A stretch of 64,000 nucleotides of DNA from Cyanidioschyzon merolae. Taxonomy: Eukaryota. Location: assembly GCA_000091205.1 (NCBI GenBank), contig AP006496.2; one strand, 5' to 3'. Positions 52,305 to 64,000 of the stretch are shown piece by piece (the stretch's first letter is position 1; each line of letters begins with the position of its first letter). Below the pieces are notes generated by a model. It was not told the origin of the DNA and made no database searches. It saw only the letters and a list, made by a program, of their open reading frames with translations. Position numbers and translations under genes: made by a program.

Positions 52305-53973
52305 GCGCGCGCATGCAGCAGCATTCACCACTTCCAAGGGCATGCGAGAGCTTCTCGGAAGCGCTCTGCGACTCTATCCGCTTCCATGAATACGAATCAT
52401 CAAACGCAATCGTATGTGTTTCCAGAAGGATCGACGTAGCGCACGCGGTTATCTAGCAGTCGCCAACGCGAGTGTACGCACGGCATCGAGTGGTGTTTAG
52501 GGCGCTCCTAGGCAGCAGCGCGGTCGACGGGATCTATTCGCTCCCTGTATGACCGTTCTGCTATCAACCTGCTTCCGTTCTCGCAGCGGTGCAACAAAGG
52601 TGCATCGAGTTCAGGGTCCGGCTGACGTGCCAGCGATGCTTCGCACCGTATGCAGGCCTCGGTGAGATCGTGCAGCTTTCCCGCTGGCGCACTTCTGTTT
52701 TGGTTTCCTTGCAGCCACGTATTGCGCCTTGACGGAATACGAGCCTTTTCCGATGTCAAGGCGCGGTCAGGGCGAGGTTCGCACCCGGGCATCCTGCGCG
52801 TTCCCGGCATTCCGTGTTTCATGTCTCGCAACCGGCAGTTCGAGAACGAAATGCTGGTGTAGCACCCGAAACCTTTCCGTTCATCTGCAGAACATGGCCG
52901 TGCATGAGGCGGTCTCCTGTGAGCGCGAGATTCAGCTGCAATATCGAGCGTCTCGCTGGTCGCTATCGTGACTCGGCGATATCGACCTCCTCATTCGACA
53001 TGCGGCGCCTACGCACGATGCACTCAGTGCAGCATGCTGCAGCGATTTCTTTCGAGTCGTTTACTTTGCCGCCACGACGAGCGCTAGCGCACGACACCGA
53101 CGATGGTCAACGCTATACGCCCAGGCGCGAGATCGCGCAGGTAGCGAGCTGTCTGCACCGTGCTACCCGATACTCGCACTGGAGCTCATTGAAGTCGTAG
53201 GTGCTGCTGCTGCTGCTGCTGCGCGAGAGAGCCGAACGCCTCGCAGCAGCAGCAGCATCTGCGGAAAACCGCTCGTTGCACTCGAGCGCTGTTTGTGTGC
53301 GCATGACCTCTGGTCACGTTGTGGACCCAAGCGCTGCGCGCTTCATCCGTATGCAGTGGCACGCCACAGCGCAGCGTTGCGAGGATGCAAGTACCCTATC
53401 GCCTCGTAAAAGCAGGTCGTGCGTCGTGCTTTACATACAGTGGTCGTGTACCGAATTATCGCGCTAAACGCTGTTGGTGCACCTTTTTGTGATCTAGGAT
53501 TCATGCATCTAGTCAGAATCACTCGAGTTGTGCAAGCTGCCGATAGCCAGGGAAGAGACCGCAGCTCCTCGACAGACGCGGGCATCTGCCGGTACCTCCA
53601 AAATACTGTTCACCAGGGGATAGAGGCTTCCGCTAGTCACCCCGTGATGTTTCCTTGGAGGGTCGCTATCGACCCAGGGCCCCGCACCGCTGGTTGTGTA
53701 AAAAGTATCCGCAGGAGAGCCTCCCACGACACCAGCTGGAATGCCAGTCTACACGGCTCCGTATCGCTCACCACAGAATGACCTTGCGCTTCGGAAACGC
53801 TTTCAGCCGATCTCAGTAAGGGAACAAGTGAGGTTGTGAACATTACATGCTGTTTACTACACTCGACGCAATACATGCTGCTTGCTGTCGAATCCGAACG
53901 CTATCGACATATTCCGGTCTTTCCATATACGAGCCAATGAACACACTGGAGTGCTGCTCCTCGACGTGCGTGC

Positions 53974-54633
53974 TTAGGTGATCGTCACTGGTGTCTCGAC
54001 GACGTTGTTCGCATAGGTCGTTTCCTTGAAAATGTGATACGCGTTGCATTCAAGACGCAGCGTGTAGTGACCTGAAGGAACGCCCGTGATGTCAATCCAC
54101 TGGCACGGCAGCGAGTCATCGTAGATATCGCACCAGCCGACGCTGATACCCTGGAATGTGCAGGTATGGACAGGCTCCGCAGGCACGAGCGCTGGGTTTC
54201 CAGTGTACTCAGGGAAACGAGCCAGATCCTCCATGCAGAAGCTCTCCTTCTTGCCACTCCGCACAAGGTTCCCTGCCGAATCCCAGATGGAATAGTTCAG
54301 CATGGGTTTGCGCGTAATGAACTGACCAGTGCACGTATCCCAGGTGTAAATATTGGGATGATCCGCCGGGTTGCCGACCACAAAATCATCGGGGCCGTTG
54401 TTACCGATCGCACCTGCAAGCTTCAGCAGCTTTCTCGGGCCAGTTCCAAGAACGCAGCCCATTTCAAACGCACAGTCATGTGGCGTGAATGACTCCGTCT
54501 TGATCATCAGACTACCTTGGAGAATCTTTAGGGAAGGCTCCAGGTCGAACTTCGCCTGAGCTCGCACCGAAGACGCCACCGCTGCAAGGCAGACAAGGCA
54601 TAGAGCAAAGAGCGTGCTAATACGTTTGTACAT
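53974..54633 (-). CDS. secreted protein with a lysyl-oxidase-like (LOX family) C-terminal domain; the ORF is open upstream to 55254 but Met at 54633 starts a clear signal peptide
   Basis: MYKRISTLFALCLVCLAAVASSVRAQA signal peptide; C-terminus DDSLPCQWIDITGVPSGHYTLRLECNAYHIFKETTYANNVVETPVTIT parallels the LOX domain [25 protein letters not shown]...SDYTNNVVRC; Cys-rich. Confidence 0.65.
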   Translation of the reverse strand: MYKRISTLFALCLVCLAAVASSVRAQAKFDLEPSLKILQGSLMIKTESFTPHDCAFEMGCVLGTGPRKLLKLAGAIGNNGPDDFVVGNPADHPNIYTWDTCTGQFITRKPMLNYSIWDSAGNLVRSGKKESFCMEDLARFPEYTGNPALVPAEPVHTCTFQGISVGWCDIYDDSLPCQWIDITGVPSGHYTLRLECNAYHIFKETTYANNVVETPVTIT

Positions 54634-55239
54634 GGCTAGTGGACCTATTCCGCTATTAAGGGTAAATGCCCACAATCGCTGCTTTCGTGAAACCACCAAT
54701 TGCGATTGACATGATGTCGAAGATGAAAATCCGCTGCGATGCCATGGCGCACCGATCGAGCGATGGCAGAATCGGCACTTCGAGCCGACGCGCGCAGGGC
54801 CACCCGCGGGCCACATCCAAATTTGGGCATCGTCGGCGCTGTGCGCGCACACGCATGCATCTCGCGCTACCAAATTGGTATTTGCGTTGCGAGCGCGTCG
54901 ACACGCAGACCTGCGATCCTCGATGGCGCGCGCCTGCTGCGCGGCAGTCGCCAATTGGACGGGGCGTGCAGGCCTGCGATCGCCTGGCGACGGCCGCTCG
55001 CCGCGCCGCAATCCCGTCAGCTGGTGAACGGAGCTGCGCTGGTGGCGGCGCGTCGCGTGCATTCGACGCCCCGGCACCAGTCGCTGCAGGGCCGCTTCCA
55101 AATGTGGTGGGCACGTCGTCGTCGATCTGCGCTGTGTGGTGGATAGATTTGGAAGGTGAGCGTGTGGCATCAAAACCTGTAGGTACTGTTCTTGAATTGC
55201 GCTCTTTTTTTCCGAACCTTTTTTAGATGTACCGCTTAC

Positions 55240-56445
55240 ATGTTTGAAGTGCATCAGTACTGGCTTGGGGATTCATACATAGCTTGAAGACGCTCCGAAG
55301 GGTTTTCGGTGTTGCTCGTTCGACGCGTTGGCGCTTGAGCTCGATACCGCATCGGACTGAAGATGATTCGCGACGTATTCGAAAAATGCTTCGTAAAATA
55401 TCGGATATCGTGATCAAATTCGTACGTATAAGTTTCCGTTCTTTTCCTTTACTTGCGAGTGGCATGCTTAAATCACGCGTTCTTGAAGCAATCGATCTCT
55501 CTGTTCGATGGGCGTCGTATTTCCGGAGCGATTTGCGCAGCAGGATTGACACGAGGGGAGAAATTTTTTACGTCCTTCGTTGAAGACGAGTTCACGAGCG
55601 CATGACGAAAAGGCGAGTGAACTCGCCACCTCAAATAATGGATTCCGTTCGATAGCCAAATCGTCTTTCTTTAAGGCTACCGACGAAATGGAGCTCCTCA
55701 CCAGCAGCATGATAGCTCTCCCGGGCAATGCGCTCAGCAGATTCTTTCTCCTCTGTTTGCGTAGGAGAGATTCTTGGACTCGAGTCAAGCCAGCGATCGC
55801 GCCCACTGGGGAGCGCGTTACTGCTTTTCACGAAGCGAGCGTACAGGGATCAAGAGATCTCGACTTGTTTCGCAGCCTTGAATTCCCATGCAGTGCAAAA
55901 GTTCATCATGAATAGCATCGCGTTCCACAAGACTCCGAGCGAATGGGAAAGCGTGCGCTTCCACTTCCAGCGTACAGCGTAATCGTCGAGTCGATCGCCT
56001 ACAAGACGCCAATGATTCTAAGGTACCGCGACGCGTACACAACACGACAAGTGCATCCAGCGGTGCATGCGGTACCCGCCGAGCGCATGTACCGAGCGAT
56101 GAGGCAGGCCTTCACGCACCACAAGATAGCCCTTGAGGAATGAGGTGTGTTGGGCTTATAGAAACACCTTATTCCATCCAGCTCGCACCGCGGCGAAAGG
56201 CGCACTGACGCTGTGTGCAAAATAGATGAAAACGGCAACCTGAGCATGGAGCGCAACTTCCGCCTGTCCATGAAATGTGTCGACAACAACCGGAAGCGAC
56301 GAGATCCGGACTTCAATGCCGCCATGAACACCCTTTGGGCGTTGTAAGCGGAGATGGAGGCACGCGAGATACCAGCGTATTTTAAAGCCGAAGATACGAG
56401 ACATGAAAGAAGCAGTGAAAGAAAAAGCCCGGATAGGTCAGTATT
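55240..56445 (+). mobile_element. family F2 TnpB/Fanzor-like degenerate element, copy 4
   Basis: plus-strand ORFs 55284..55583, 55580..55915, 55728..55982 and 55943..56143 align with copy-1 segments (for example IAFHKTPSEWESVRFHFQRTA versus TAFHKSCIEWNSVRSYLQRTA; RMYRAMRQAFTHH versus DIYRAMKQACALH). The frame ending at 56346 reads AVCKIDENGNLSMERNFRLSMKCVDNNRKRRDPDFNAAMNTLWAL-stop. The tail matches the other F2 tails. Confidence 0.5.
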
Positions 56446-57685
56446 CCAGACACTGAAACGAGATCCAATCGATAAATTGTATGCCCGCGTTACTGGACCC
56501 TTTCCGACGCAGTCTGAATTCGGTGCCTTAATCGCTGGTTATCGTGCCACTGCGTATACGTTTCGACGAAGAAGAGGCTCCCCTGCGGAGAATTGAGCAA
56601 GGGTCCATGTTCGGCGCAGCGCAGTGCTCGATATGGCAGACCGCGGATTACCAGGGCGCATCGTCCGCGTCAGACACACTAGACACGAGTCGGTGCGCAC
56701 AGCATCCATTGTCAGTCTGCGAACACACGCAAAACCAGGTGCTTGGTCGGTGTCTGAGCACCCGCATTCGTGGTAGCGAGAAACCGATTGCCTGCGAGGT
56801 GCCTCGTATTCGATAACATGATGGTCGCTAGAATAGCCGCAGATTTGATGGTGCTTGTGTACGGGCCACCAGCGGCAAGTATCAACAACCTTACGAATGC
56901 GGTACTCCGTCGACAGTGCACACCAAGAGGACTCAGGCGCGGCGACCAGTGCATGCCGCGCTCAGGACCCGACGCTGGCGCACCACGAACCGGTCGGATG
57001 TGCGTCTATGCTTCAAGCGGCAACGGCACCTGCTCTGTCCATGCTTCGTACTGTACCATCCAATAGAGCAAAGGAGCGCCCTACCCGAAACGAAGCACGC
57101 TCGAGTCCCCGTTCATTGATGGCAAGCACTCGAGCGTGCTCCGCTTTCGCGAGCGAACCATAAAGCGCATTCTCGCCGTTTCGCCACTGGTCGTCTGCGG
57201 AACATAGCGCCGAGGTTTGTGACAGCGGGTATGTCGTGCAACCGTGGCCTCTCATCGAGCTCCAATGCCGGATCGGGTGCACTGAACGCTGCGTCACATC
57301 TGACGAGCCAATGCCGCAGCGATGCAGCACTAGAGGCCTTACGAGGCCGGCACTGTACCTCGACTCACATATGAGGATACACTTGCGGCCCGGGAAGCAA
57401 GGATCCGAGCGTATTCCTCCTGAATCAACGCTGTGTTCCCCGCGAACGCTCTTACGGAAGCCGCTCTACGAGGACACTGAGCCCGCGTTCTCGTGGGTAC
57501 GCGAAGCGCACCAGGGAAGTGCTTTGCTCACAGGCGCCGGTTACAGTGCAGTCGTGCGGCACGCCCCGACATCGCCATATACTGGCCTCACTGGAGTACG
57601 CCAGGAACGCGTGTGCAAGCCGCGGTTCTCGGAAAAACCCCAGCCGGACGCTCCCACAGCACTTGCCGTGGTGCTCCGGCAACTT

Positions 57686-57937
57686 TCACCCCGAGTCTCG
57701 AAAAACCGCGACTCTTTTGATCTCGTTGCGGAGCACGTGCTCGGCCTCTTGGACTTGGGCCAGTGCCTCCGCTGCTTCCAGCGGCTGCTGAACTCGGGGT
57801 CTGGTCTCAAACTCGTGACGAACAAGTCTCGCAGCTGCACGCAACGTGCGCCTGTCGTCACCAAAGGCAACTCGACAAGCACGCAGCAAGCGTCGGTACG
57901 CAGTGGGTGCACTCCATTCGCTCAGAGCGCCAGCCAT
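57686..57937 (-). CDS. LYR-motif protein, LYRM7 / Mzm1-like (complex III Rieske assembly factor) candidate
   Basis: 83 aa; AYRRLLRACRVAFGDDRRTLRAAARLVRHEFE...EAEHVLRNEI parallels LYRM7 ([32 protein letters not shown]...ELLLRTSVIQ); short, so family-level only. Confidence 0.5.
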   Translation of the reverse strand: MAGALSEWSAPTAYRRLLRACRVAFGDDRRTLRAAARLVRHEFETRPRVQQPLEAAEALAQVQEAEHVLRNEIKRVAVFRDSG

Positions 57938-58058
57938 GGTTACGCCCCAGTCCGCTCGGGTACGTCGACTGTTGAAGAAGGTTCACTGAGGCGCTCGCGT
58001 ATGCTGCGCGTTGTGTCAGAGTTCCCAGCTGCACTGGCGTACGGGGTGTTTGCCCAGA

Positions 58059-58760
58059 CCGTCAGTGAAACAGCAAGGTTTCGCAGCTGTAGGGTAATTT
58101 AATACCCACTCGCAGACGCTTCTCAGTCTTTTTCGACCGGCCTACCGCTATTGGGTTCAGCTTCTGCTTGCACACGACGGGCACGACAGCGTGCGCCACA
58201 CAGTTGGACCGTGTGAGCTCCGCGGGGCTCGGCTTCGGCACTAGCCATCTTCTGATAATCATGGCGATGTTCAAGTCTCGGTTTACGAACTCCATGCGTT
58301 TCTTGAGGCTGGTTGATCTCACCAATGCATGTAGTCGTCTATTTCGCACCCTCTATGCCACTTCAGTCGCGTCAGCGTCCCGTCGGGTAAACACCTTTTC
58401 TCGCCTGTCTCTCCTCATCTTCGTGGTCACTAGCTCTTCTTCGCTTGATGGTCAGCGAGCAGAGGATTCTTTTTCGTTTTGTTTTGAGGCACCCGCTGAT
58501 CAGCGTCCCCCAGGATTCCCGACTTGCACATCGATACCTAGCCATCAAATTTTGGATTCCTTCAGATGAACGCACCTCGGGCGCGTCGTCTATAAACCGC
58601 GAAGAAGCATTTGAAGACATGCATCCACATATGAAATACCATTGAGGTGAAAGATGACAAGCTGGCGAGCGCACATCGACACGATCACCCGAGTCCATGC
58701 AGAGGCACAGCATGCGAATTTCGCGACCAGCATCATCTCCATATCTTATGCTGCTGCATC
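58059..58760 (-). mobile_element. family F1 TnpB/Fanzor-like relic, standalone copy L4
   Basis: minus-strand ORFs 58372..58713 (...IQNLMARYRCASRESWGTLISGCLKTKRKRILCSLTIKRRRASDHEDEERQ) and 58062..58349 (...KKRMEFVNRDLNIAMIIRRWLVPKPSPAELTRSN...KLNPIAVGRSKKT) align with L1 and with the element module. The tail ctgcgagtgggtattaaattaccctacagctgcgaaaccttgctgtttcactgacgg matches the copy-A tail ctgcgggtgggtacgtatatttaccctccatcgttgtaaaacgttttttgtttcattgaacac. Confidence 0.5.
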
Positions 58761-59910
58761 TGTAAACACATTAGGCCTGGAAAACGTGCACAGCCGCGGC
58801 AGCAGCACAACCTGATCGGTGAGCCGCCAAACCTAGCGAAATGCAGCACAAGGCCTTTTCGGAAACGGACTGGCGTCGAGCGGGTGGACAAGGTATTCGC
58901 TTTCAGTACTCCAGGTCAGCGGTATGCACGTCGCTCATCTAGGCAGCACCGTACGATGCAGTGTCCAGGTCGGCCGCGAGTCCACTGCAGCGTGCCGCTA
59001 CCCAGGAGCAAGCGTATCTCGCGTTTACGGCAGCAAGGAAACCAGCCCTAGAGCGCTGTATGCCGCGGGCTGTCGTCAGAATGCCCAACAAGGGCAAGCT
59101 GCAGTCGGCTATCGCGGGCTAACGGTGCTACTGCTGGCTAGGATAGTAGCTGCAACGCACCACAGAATGCAGCGATATCTAGTCTGATTGAAGAACCCTG
59201 GTGCCGACCTGATGCCGACCAGTGCTTCCAATGAGCGCCCACCGCTGTGATTGCGTCATCAACGCTTGATCACGTGGTGCTTCATTGAGAGCAGCGGAGC
59301 GTTAGGGTTTGCAGCGAACGAGGCGCCGCCTCCCGCTGATACTCCCCGTCGAGCTGCAGCGCACCGGGATCCGATCGGCGAGAAGTGTGCGCCCTTCTCG
59401 GCCAGGTGGTTACGCGTTCAGTCGGTGCATGCTGGACGCCCGCAAAGCCTTGCTCCTCGATCAATATTCCCGTCTTTGACTCGTAATCAGCTGCAACACT
59501 TGACGCGCTGCAGAGCACGCTCTGCCTGAACACCGTTCACTTCATTCTTACGATTGCCGCAAGCAGCGTACCTTACATTGATCTTGTGCGATCAGCGCTG
59601 CATGGCACGCAGGTCTCTTGCTCTGCAACATGAAGCCCATATCCGATTCAACTGGACCGTATGCGGGTGCCAAGTTCGTGTGCTTCGCACAGGGAATGCG
59701 TCCAAGATCATTGCGCACGAGCAATGCAACCAGCGAATCAGCACGTGACTGCACCTGAGGCCGACCAGCATCATCCAAAGCTCGCATCTGTCTCGTACGT
59801 AGATACCAGTCAACAATTCACGACCGATTCAGTCCGTTGCCAAGCGTTCCTTGACGCCAAGCACTGGGACAAGGCATTCGCTCTCCGGCGATAGGAGCGG
59901 AGGCTCACGT

Positions 59911-60960
59911 TCAGCGCTCATCACTGGTCGCCGCTGCGCTTGGCGCTTGCCCCATGGACGTATGTGCAGCGTGCTGGTGCCGAGATCCCCGAACAGATGC
60001 AATCGCTCGCTCCCCGTAGAAAGCCTCGAGATGAGGAATGATCGCGTCAACACCACCAGTCAGGGCGAAACGATGCAATCGGCCGGTCGTATCGTAGTAG
60101 TGTTCGACGCTTGCCCCTTGCGACTCGTAGACCTCTAGGCGATGCCTGACAACTGCCAGTCGATCATCGTCGCGACAGTGCAAACGTCCAGAACACGCAG
60201 TTCCTCGTTCACAGCCCTTTGGCAACGCTTCGCAGAGCAGCGGCACCCCGTTCTCCGTATCGTCTCGCGGACACGTGCAGACCGTTGTGTCGGGTGAAAC
60301 GCAAGGCGCCCAGCGACACCCAGGTGGTAGCAGCGGTGGCATTCGCATGCCCGCCTCGTTAATATACATAAAGTTGTAGGTCTTGCCACACGTTACGCAG
60401 ACTCGTCGCCCAGCCAACTTGGCGATCAGAACCTCGCGCGGTAAGGTCAGCAGTAGAGCGCCCTGCACTGGGAATACGCCGTCCAACCAGCGAGCTTGTG
60501 CTGCCGTTCGCGGAAAACCGTCTAAAATCCATCCTTGTTGCGCGGAAGACCGTCTTTCAAGATCAGACAGCAGATCCTTGACCAGAGGTTCAACGAACGA
60601 GTCTGGTAGGAGGTCGCCCTGCTGCTGAAGGACGCGCATAGCCTCCGCAGCCGCTGTCGCTCCGCGCCCGTTGAGCTGCGACTCTCGGAGGTACTCTCCA
60701 AAGTTGATATGCTTCAGACCAAACTTGCGAGCAAGGCGGGATGCGTATGTCCCTTTACCTACTCCTGGTGCTCCTAGAATAACCCAGCGAAGGACAGAGA
60801 CACTCATAGGAGCGTGAACACCGGATAGAAACGCCAGCGATACCCACCTGAACCGCATTTTCGATGCAATCGCGAGCGAGCCAGGCAGCTGCCTGTCTAT
60901 CATATGCCGCGCGATGCGCTCGCGTTCTGAGAAACCATGACTGCAGATGAGCGCTCCCAA
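59911..60960 (-). CDS. adenylate kinase with an N-terminal extension (possibly organellar) and a long Cys-rich LID insertion
   Basis: P-loop VILGAPGVGKGTYASRLARKFGLKHI, NMP-binding region, GWILDGFPRT, LID R..C.TCGKTYN...RDDDRLAVVRHRLEVYES. Confidence 0.8.
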   Translation of the reverse strand: MGALICSHGFSERERIARHMIDRQLPGSLAIASKMRFRWVSLAFLSGVHAPMSVSVLRWVILGAPGVGKGTYASRLARKFGLKHINFGEYLRESQLNGRGATAAAEAMRVLQQQGDLLPDSFVEPLVKDLLSDLERRSSAQQGWILDGFPRTAAQARWLDGVFPVQGALLLTLPREVLIAKLAGRRVCVTCGKTYNFMYINEAGMRMPPLLPPGCRWAPCVSPDTTVCTCPRDDTENGVPLLCEALPKGCERGTACSGRLHCRDDDRLAVVRHRLEVYESQGASVEHYYDTTGRLHRFALTGGVDAIIPHLEAFYGERAIASVRGSRHQHAAHTSMGQAPSAAATSDER

Positions 60961-61018
60961 AACAACCCAAACTCACTGCATTGCCTCGCAGAATCGCAAA
61001 AGCCAACAAGTGGGCCCT

Positions 61019-61893
61019 TCAAACCGACACCGAGTCGACAACCAGTGCCAACTGGATCGCTCGTGCACCGCACTGCGTCCGGTCGAGGCGTACCAGACGG
61101 AACGCACGGCGTTCGCCAATACGAAGGCGCTGACTGCGCTCTAGGGTCACCGTCGCCTCCATTTGATCATCCTCCAGAATGATGAGCGCCGTTCGCCCAT
61201 TCGACGACACGGATGCAACCAAGCCGTTCAAAACAAGTTCCCCCGGACCGAGACGCTGCACTTGTGACTGCCGCTCAGCAAGTACATCCAGCATGAGCGA
61301 TTGCCGAGATGCCACCACTTTCTGCATCCCCGCAGACGCATTTCGCTGAACTTGCGCAGCAATGCGTGCTACCTGTGCTCTGGTCAGCAGCGGCGCCTCT
61401 GCCCCATACTCAAGATAGAGCGAGATCTGACGCAGTGTCATGAGGTCCAGGTATCGACGGAGAGGTGCAGTGCCGAAACGCTGCGGCCGATACGCCTGCA
61501 CTGCGTTTGGTTCACTGGCGGTTACCTTTTGCGCCGCCAGCGTCCCCAGCTCCGTGTTCTGGACTCGTGTCCATCTAGTGACGGGTACAGGGATCTTGTG
61601 CTGTGCAGCAAATCGAATAAGTGCCTCACTAGCGGCAGCGAGTAGCGCATCCACGAGGCAGTATCCCGGAGAGAGTGCAAATTCCGCTACAGCCAGGCTG
61701 CCGTCGCGTCGATGCGCCACCCGCGCAATGCGCCCGGCGTTGCGGCGTTGACGCGCATGCATGCGTGCACGCATGCGCTGCTCCAGCGCTGCTGAATTCA
61801 GCGCTTTCTGTAATATTGTCAACGGGTTCGACGCTCTCTGCAGCAGTGTTTCGGTGCTGGTGTCTGTAGGTGACGATGCAGATGCAGATGCAG

Positions 61894-61938
<45 letters not shown>

Positions 61939-63805
61939 ATGCCCGCACGCGTCGATTACTCAGGATCAGACGATCGAGCTCCTCGTATGATATGCGCTGC
62001 ACAGGCGGTATCACACTTCGACGTACCGTGAACCATTCGATGGCGCCGAGGTCGTCGGACCCGGTATGCTGGTCGTTGCTGCGCTCACGGAAGCGCAGTG
62101 ATACGGTGATCGCGTCAGTCGCCAGATGCTCTGAGAAAGAGGCCGCGTTTGCCAACGGTGGCGGCAACAGGTGCAGAGGTCGCCCCGGCAGATACAGTGA
62201 CTGTGCTCGCTGGCAGGCAATCTGGTCTACTGGGTGGCCTGCAGGTAGCCAGCGCCCAATATCCACGATATGGACGTGCCAGGTCACCTGCAAGTCGCCC
62301 GGGCGATGACCCGATGCCCCCGACGACGGGTCGCAGCGCTGCTCGATCTCAACGGAGAAAGCATCGTCCAGAATTCGCGCTGATGAGGAATCCACACAGA
62401 ACGCGAACTGGTGACTCCAGACGCTTCGCTGATTTCGCGTACGCCCGCTCAGGATCCGGCTACGTAGTGCCCGAGCCGCAGTCATCACTGCGTCAGGAAA
62501 AGCAGCGATGATCTTTTGTCCGATCTTGGGCTCGGGGCATACGTTCGGTCGGCGCTTCAGTGTCGCGGGCGGCGTGCTGGCGCTTTCCTTGGACGTCTCC
62601 GAGAGGGTCCACTGACCGAGCTTCACCAAAATAGAGATAGCCGTGTTCGGTGAGACCTCCGAAGCGACCCGACGACAAACTGCAGCCGCCAAAGGATAGA
62701 GGCGCTCCAGTCGTGTCGACGGCGCCGACATTCCCTGCCGTTTCGTGCGAAGCGACGGCTCGAGGTTGCGGCGATGCTCGGAGCGAGAGGCCGCCAACAT
62801 TTCCAGCTCGCGTAAAACTGCGAGATGCTCCGGATGCCATGTCCGATCCAGTGACTGCCTCGTTGCATGTACACGTTCACAGAAAGACTCTACGATACGT
62901 GCGCGTACCATCGGCTCAGGTAGCGCTCGCCAGCCGCCACCGTACCGGGGAACCCGTCGGAAGCGAAAATTGTCGGACCCGAGCGTTATCGCTGCGAGTA
63001 TTCGCAATACGAACGGATCACACAGCGACTTGGCTACCGGTGAAGTGGTCTCATCCGCGGGCCAAAGTCGACGACGAAAACGCTCTCGCAAACGCAACTG
63101 GTATCGAGCTGCCAACTCGACAGCGGATGTGAATGGACCGCCGCGGCGAGCGCCTCGACAACTCACCTCCTGATGGAGCTCATACAGCCCCTCTGACAAC
63201 AACGCCAGGATTCCGAGACGGTCCGCAGACTGGAGTGCGAGCCATGACTCCGTCGAGTGCGGTTGCAGCCAGAGTCGGGCGGTATCCCAGGCGTGCTGCA
63301 GACGCGTCTGCGAGAAACGCACTGGAGGTAGCCACGCTTCAGGCTGCTCACCAGCAGTGCTGAGCTCCTCGAACAGCAACGGCGGTACCAGAGTTTCACT
63401 CCAGTTCGCAATGACTTGGTCGGGGGCGACACTTACCTCCTGGTTATCGGCGCTAACCAGGTGAACTCGAAAGCTCGTTGCGCACGCTGCCTCAGCTGGT
63501 GTCGTGCGCAACACACCAATGTGCACCGCTCGGTCGTGAAAAACCTCCACAACACTACAAGCCTCCGCACGTTCAAACTCGGAGTCCTGGACAGTACCCG
63601 GAAGCGGAGCAGCGTGCGCATCAGGAGCTGCTGCTGTCTCTGCTGTTGCTACCAGTCGGGCGCGCGGCTTCCGCCTCGACCGCCCCAGCGGTACCGAACA
63701 CCAGGTCGACGCACTTACTCGAGGTGTGCGTGCTTTTGATGTCCAGCCACAAGTCGGTACCGTGACAAAGCTAACACGCGTATGAGTCGCAAGACTGACC
63801 CACAT
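61019..63805 (-). CDS. RNB-domain 3'-5' exoribonuclease (RNase II/R, Dss1/RNR1-like) with a C-terminal S1-like domain and an N-terminal extension; possibly organellar
   Basis: RNB motif I AFCVDSSSARILDDAFSVE; further RNB blocks YLPGRPLHLLPPPLANAASFSEHL and ITVSLRF; C-terminal GELVLNGLVASVSSNGRTALII (S1-like); internal poly-Ala/Ser tract encoded by (TGC)n. Confidence 0.8.
61875..61941. repeat. compound microsatellite (GATGCA)n-(TGC)10-(GAT)5 inside the exoribonuclease CDS
   Basis: read directly; it encodes the SSSAAAAAAAAAAASASASAS run on the minus strand. Confidence 0.9.
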
Positions 63806-64000
63806 TTCGTTTAAAGAACAAGGTCCCTAACGCGCTGAAGCGCTGCCCAAAACTGCAGCACCCCACAGCGTCTGCCCGTGGACGCCGCCGGGACGCCGCT
63901 GCCGCTGCACTGCGCCCTGTGTTCGGCGCTACGACTTGTTCTCTTTTTGTGCTTGTTGCGCTCGCTGTAGCAGCATTTGTTGCCACTTTTGTTGCTCCTA

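Noticed and set aside
57236-58102. 288-codon plus-strand ORF
   Set aside because: Low-complexity and unfamiliar. It overlaps on the opposite strand a small ORF with a credible LYR-motif signature (57686..57937) and runs into the F1-L4 tail. It is most likely a GC-rich open-frame artefact.
1-64000. Possibility that the window is prokaryotic or a kinetoplastid polycistron, given high GC and absence of introns
   Set aside because: Products are unmistakably eukaryotic (CDK7, syntaxin-5, RHD3/Sey1, NHP2, eS26, Ub-eS31, PET117, ISD11) with long low-complexity tracts. Genes alternate strands every one or two genes, unlike kinetoplastid directional clusters.

Overview
The window is about 64 kb of GC-rich eukaryotic nuclear DNA (roughly 58-60% GC by eye). 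It appears intron-poor: about 24 protein-coding genes can be read as single long ORFs on alternating strands, at roughly one gene per 2.7 kb. The alternation of strands rules out a kinetoplastid-style polycistron. Confidently recognised products are a divergent-ubiquitin-eS31 (S27a) fusion, eS26, mitochondrial ATP synthase delta, bifunctional aspartokinase-homoserine dehydrogenase, a DUF726 (TMCO4-like) giant protein, a zeaxanthin-epoxidase-like FAD monooxygenase, NHP2, ISD11/LYRM4, PET117, a meiotic-clade AAA ATPase, CDK7, RHD3/Sey1, syntaxin-5, a secreted lysyl-oxidase-like protein, an LYRM7-like protein, adenylate kinase and an RNB (RNase II/R) exoribonuclease. Lineage cannot be fixed from the sequence alone. 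The AK-HSD fusion with an N-terminal extension, the ZEP-like monooxygenase and a DUF3611-like membrane protein hint at a plastid-bearing protist or alga, but this is weak. The main find is a dense set of transposon relics in the gene-poor patches, about 14% of the window. There are two families of degenerate TnpB/Fanzor-like elements, nine copies in total, with the C-terminal signature D-x-NAA-x-NI-L, a Cys-rich zinc ribbon just upstream of it, and a conserved roughly 100-nt non-coding 3' tail (a candidate omegaRNA-like scaffold). Family F1 consists of five modules of about 0.5-0.8 kb; two of them form the 3' end of a 1.4-kb Tc1/mariner-like element present as two nearly identical inverted copies about 10 kb apart. 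The transposase of that element is frameshifted and has lost the first catalytic Asp. Family F2 consists of four copies of about 1.2-1.4 kb. Also present are a 94-bp satellite of about 8 units, two two-unit tandem duplications, many (CAG)n-type microsatellites (several coding), and a roughly 4-kb gene-free tract of lower GC. Every call rests on reading the ORF translations and aligning repeats by eye; no searches or computations were run.
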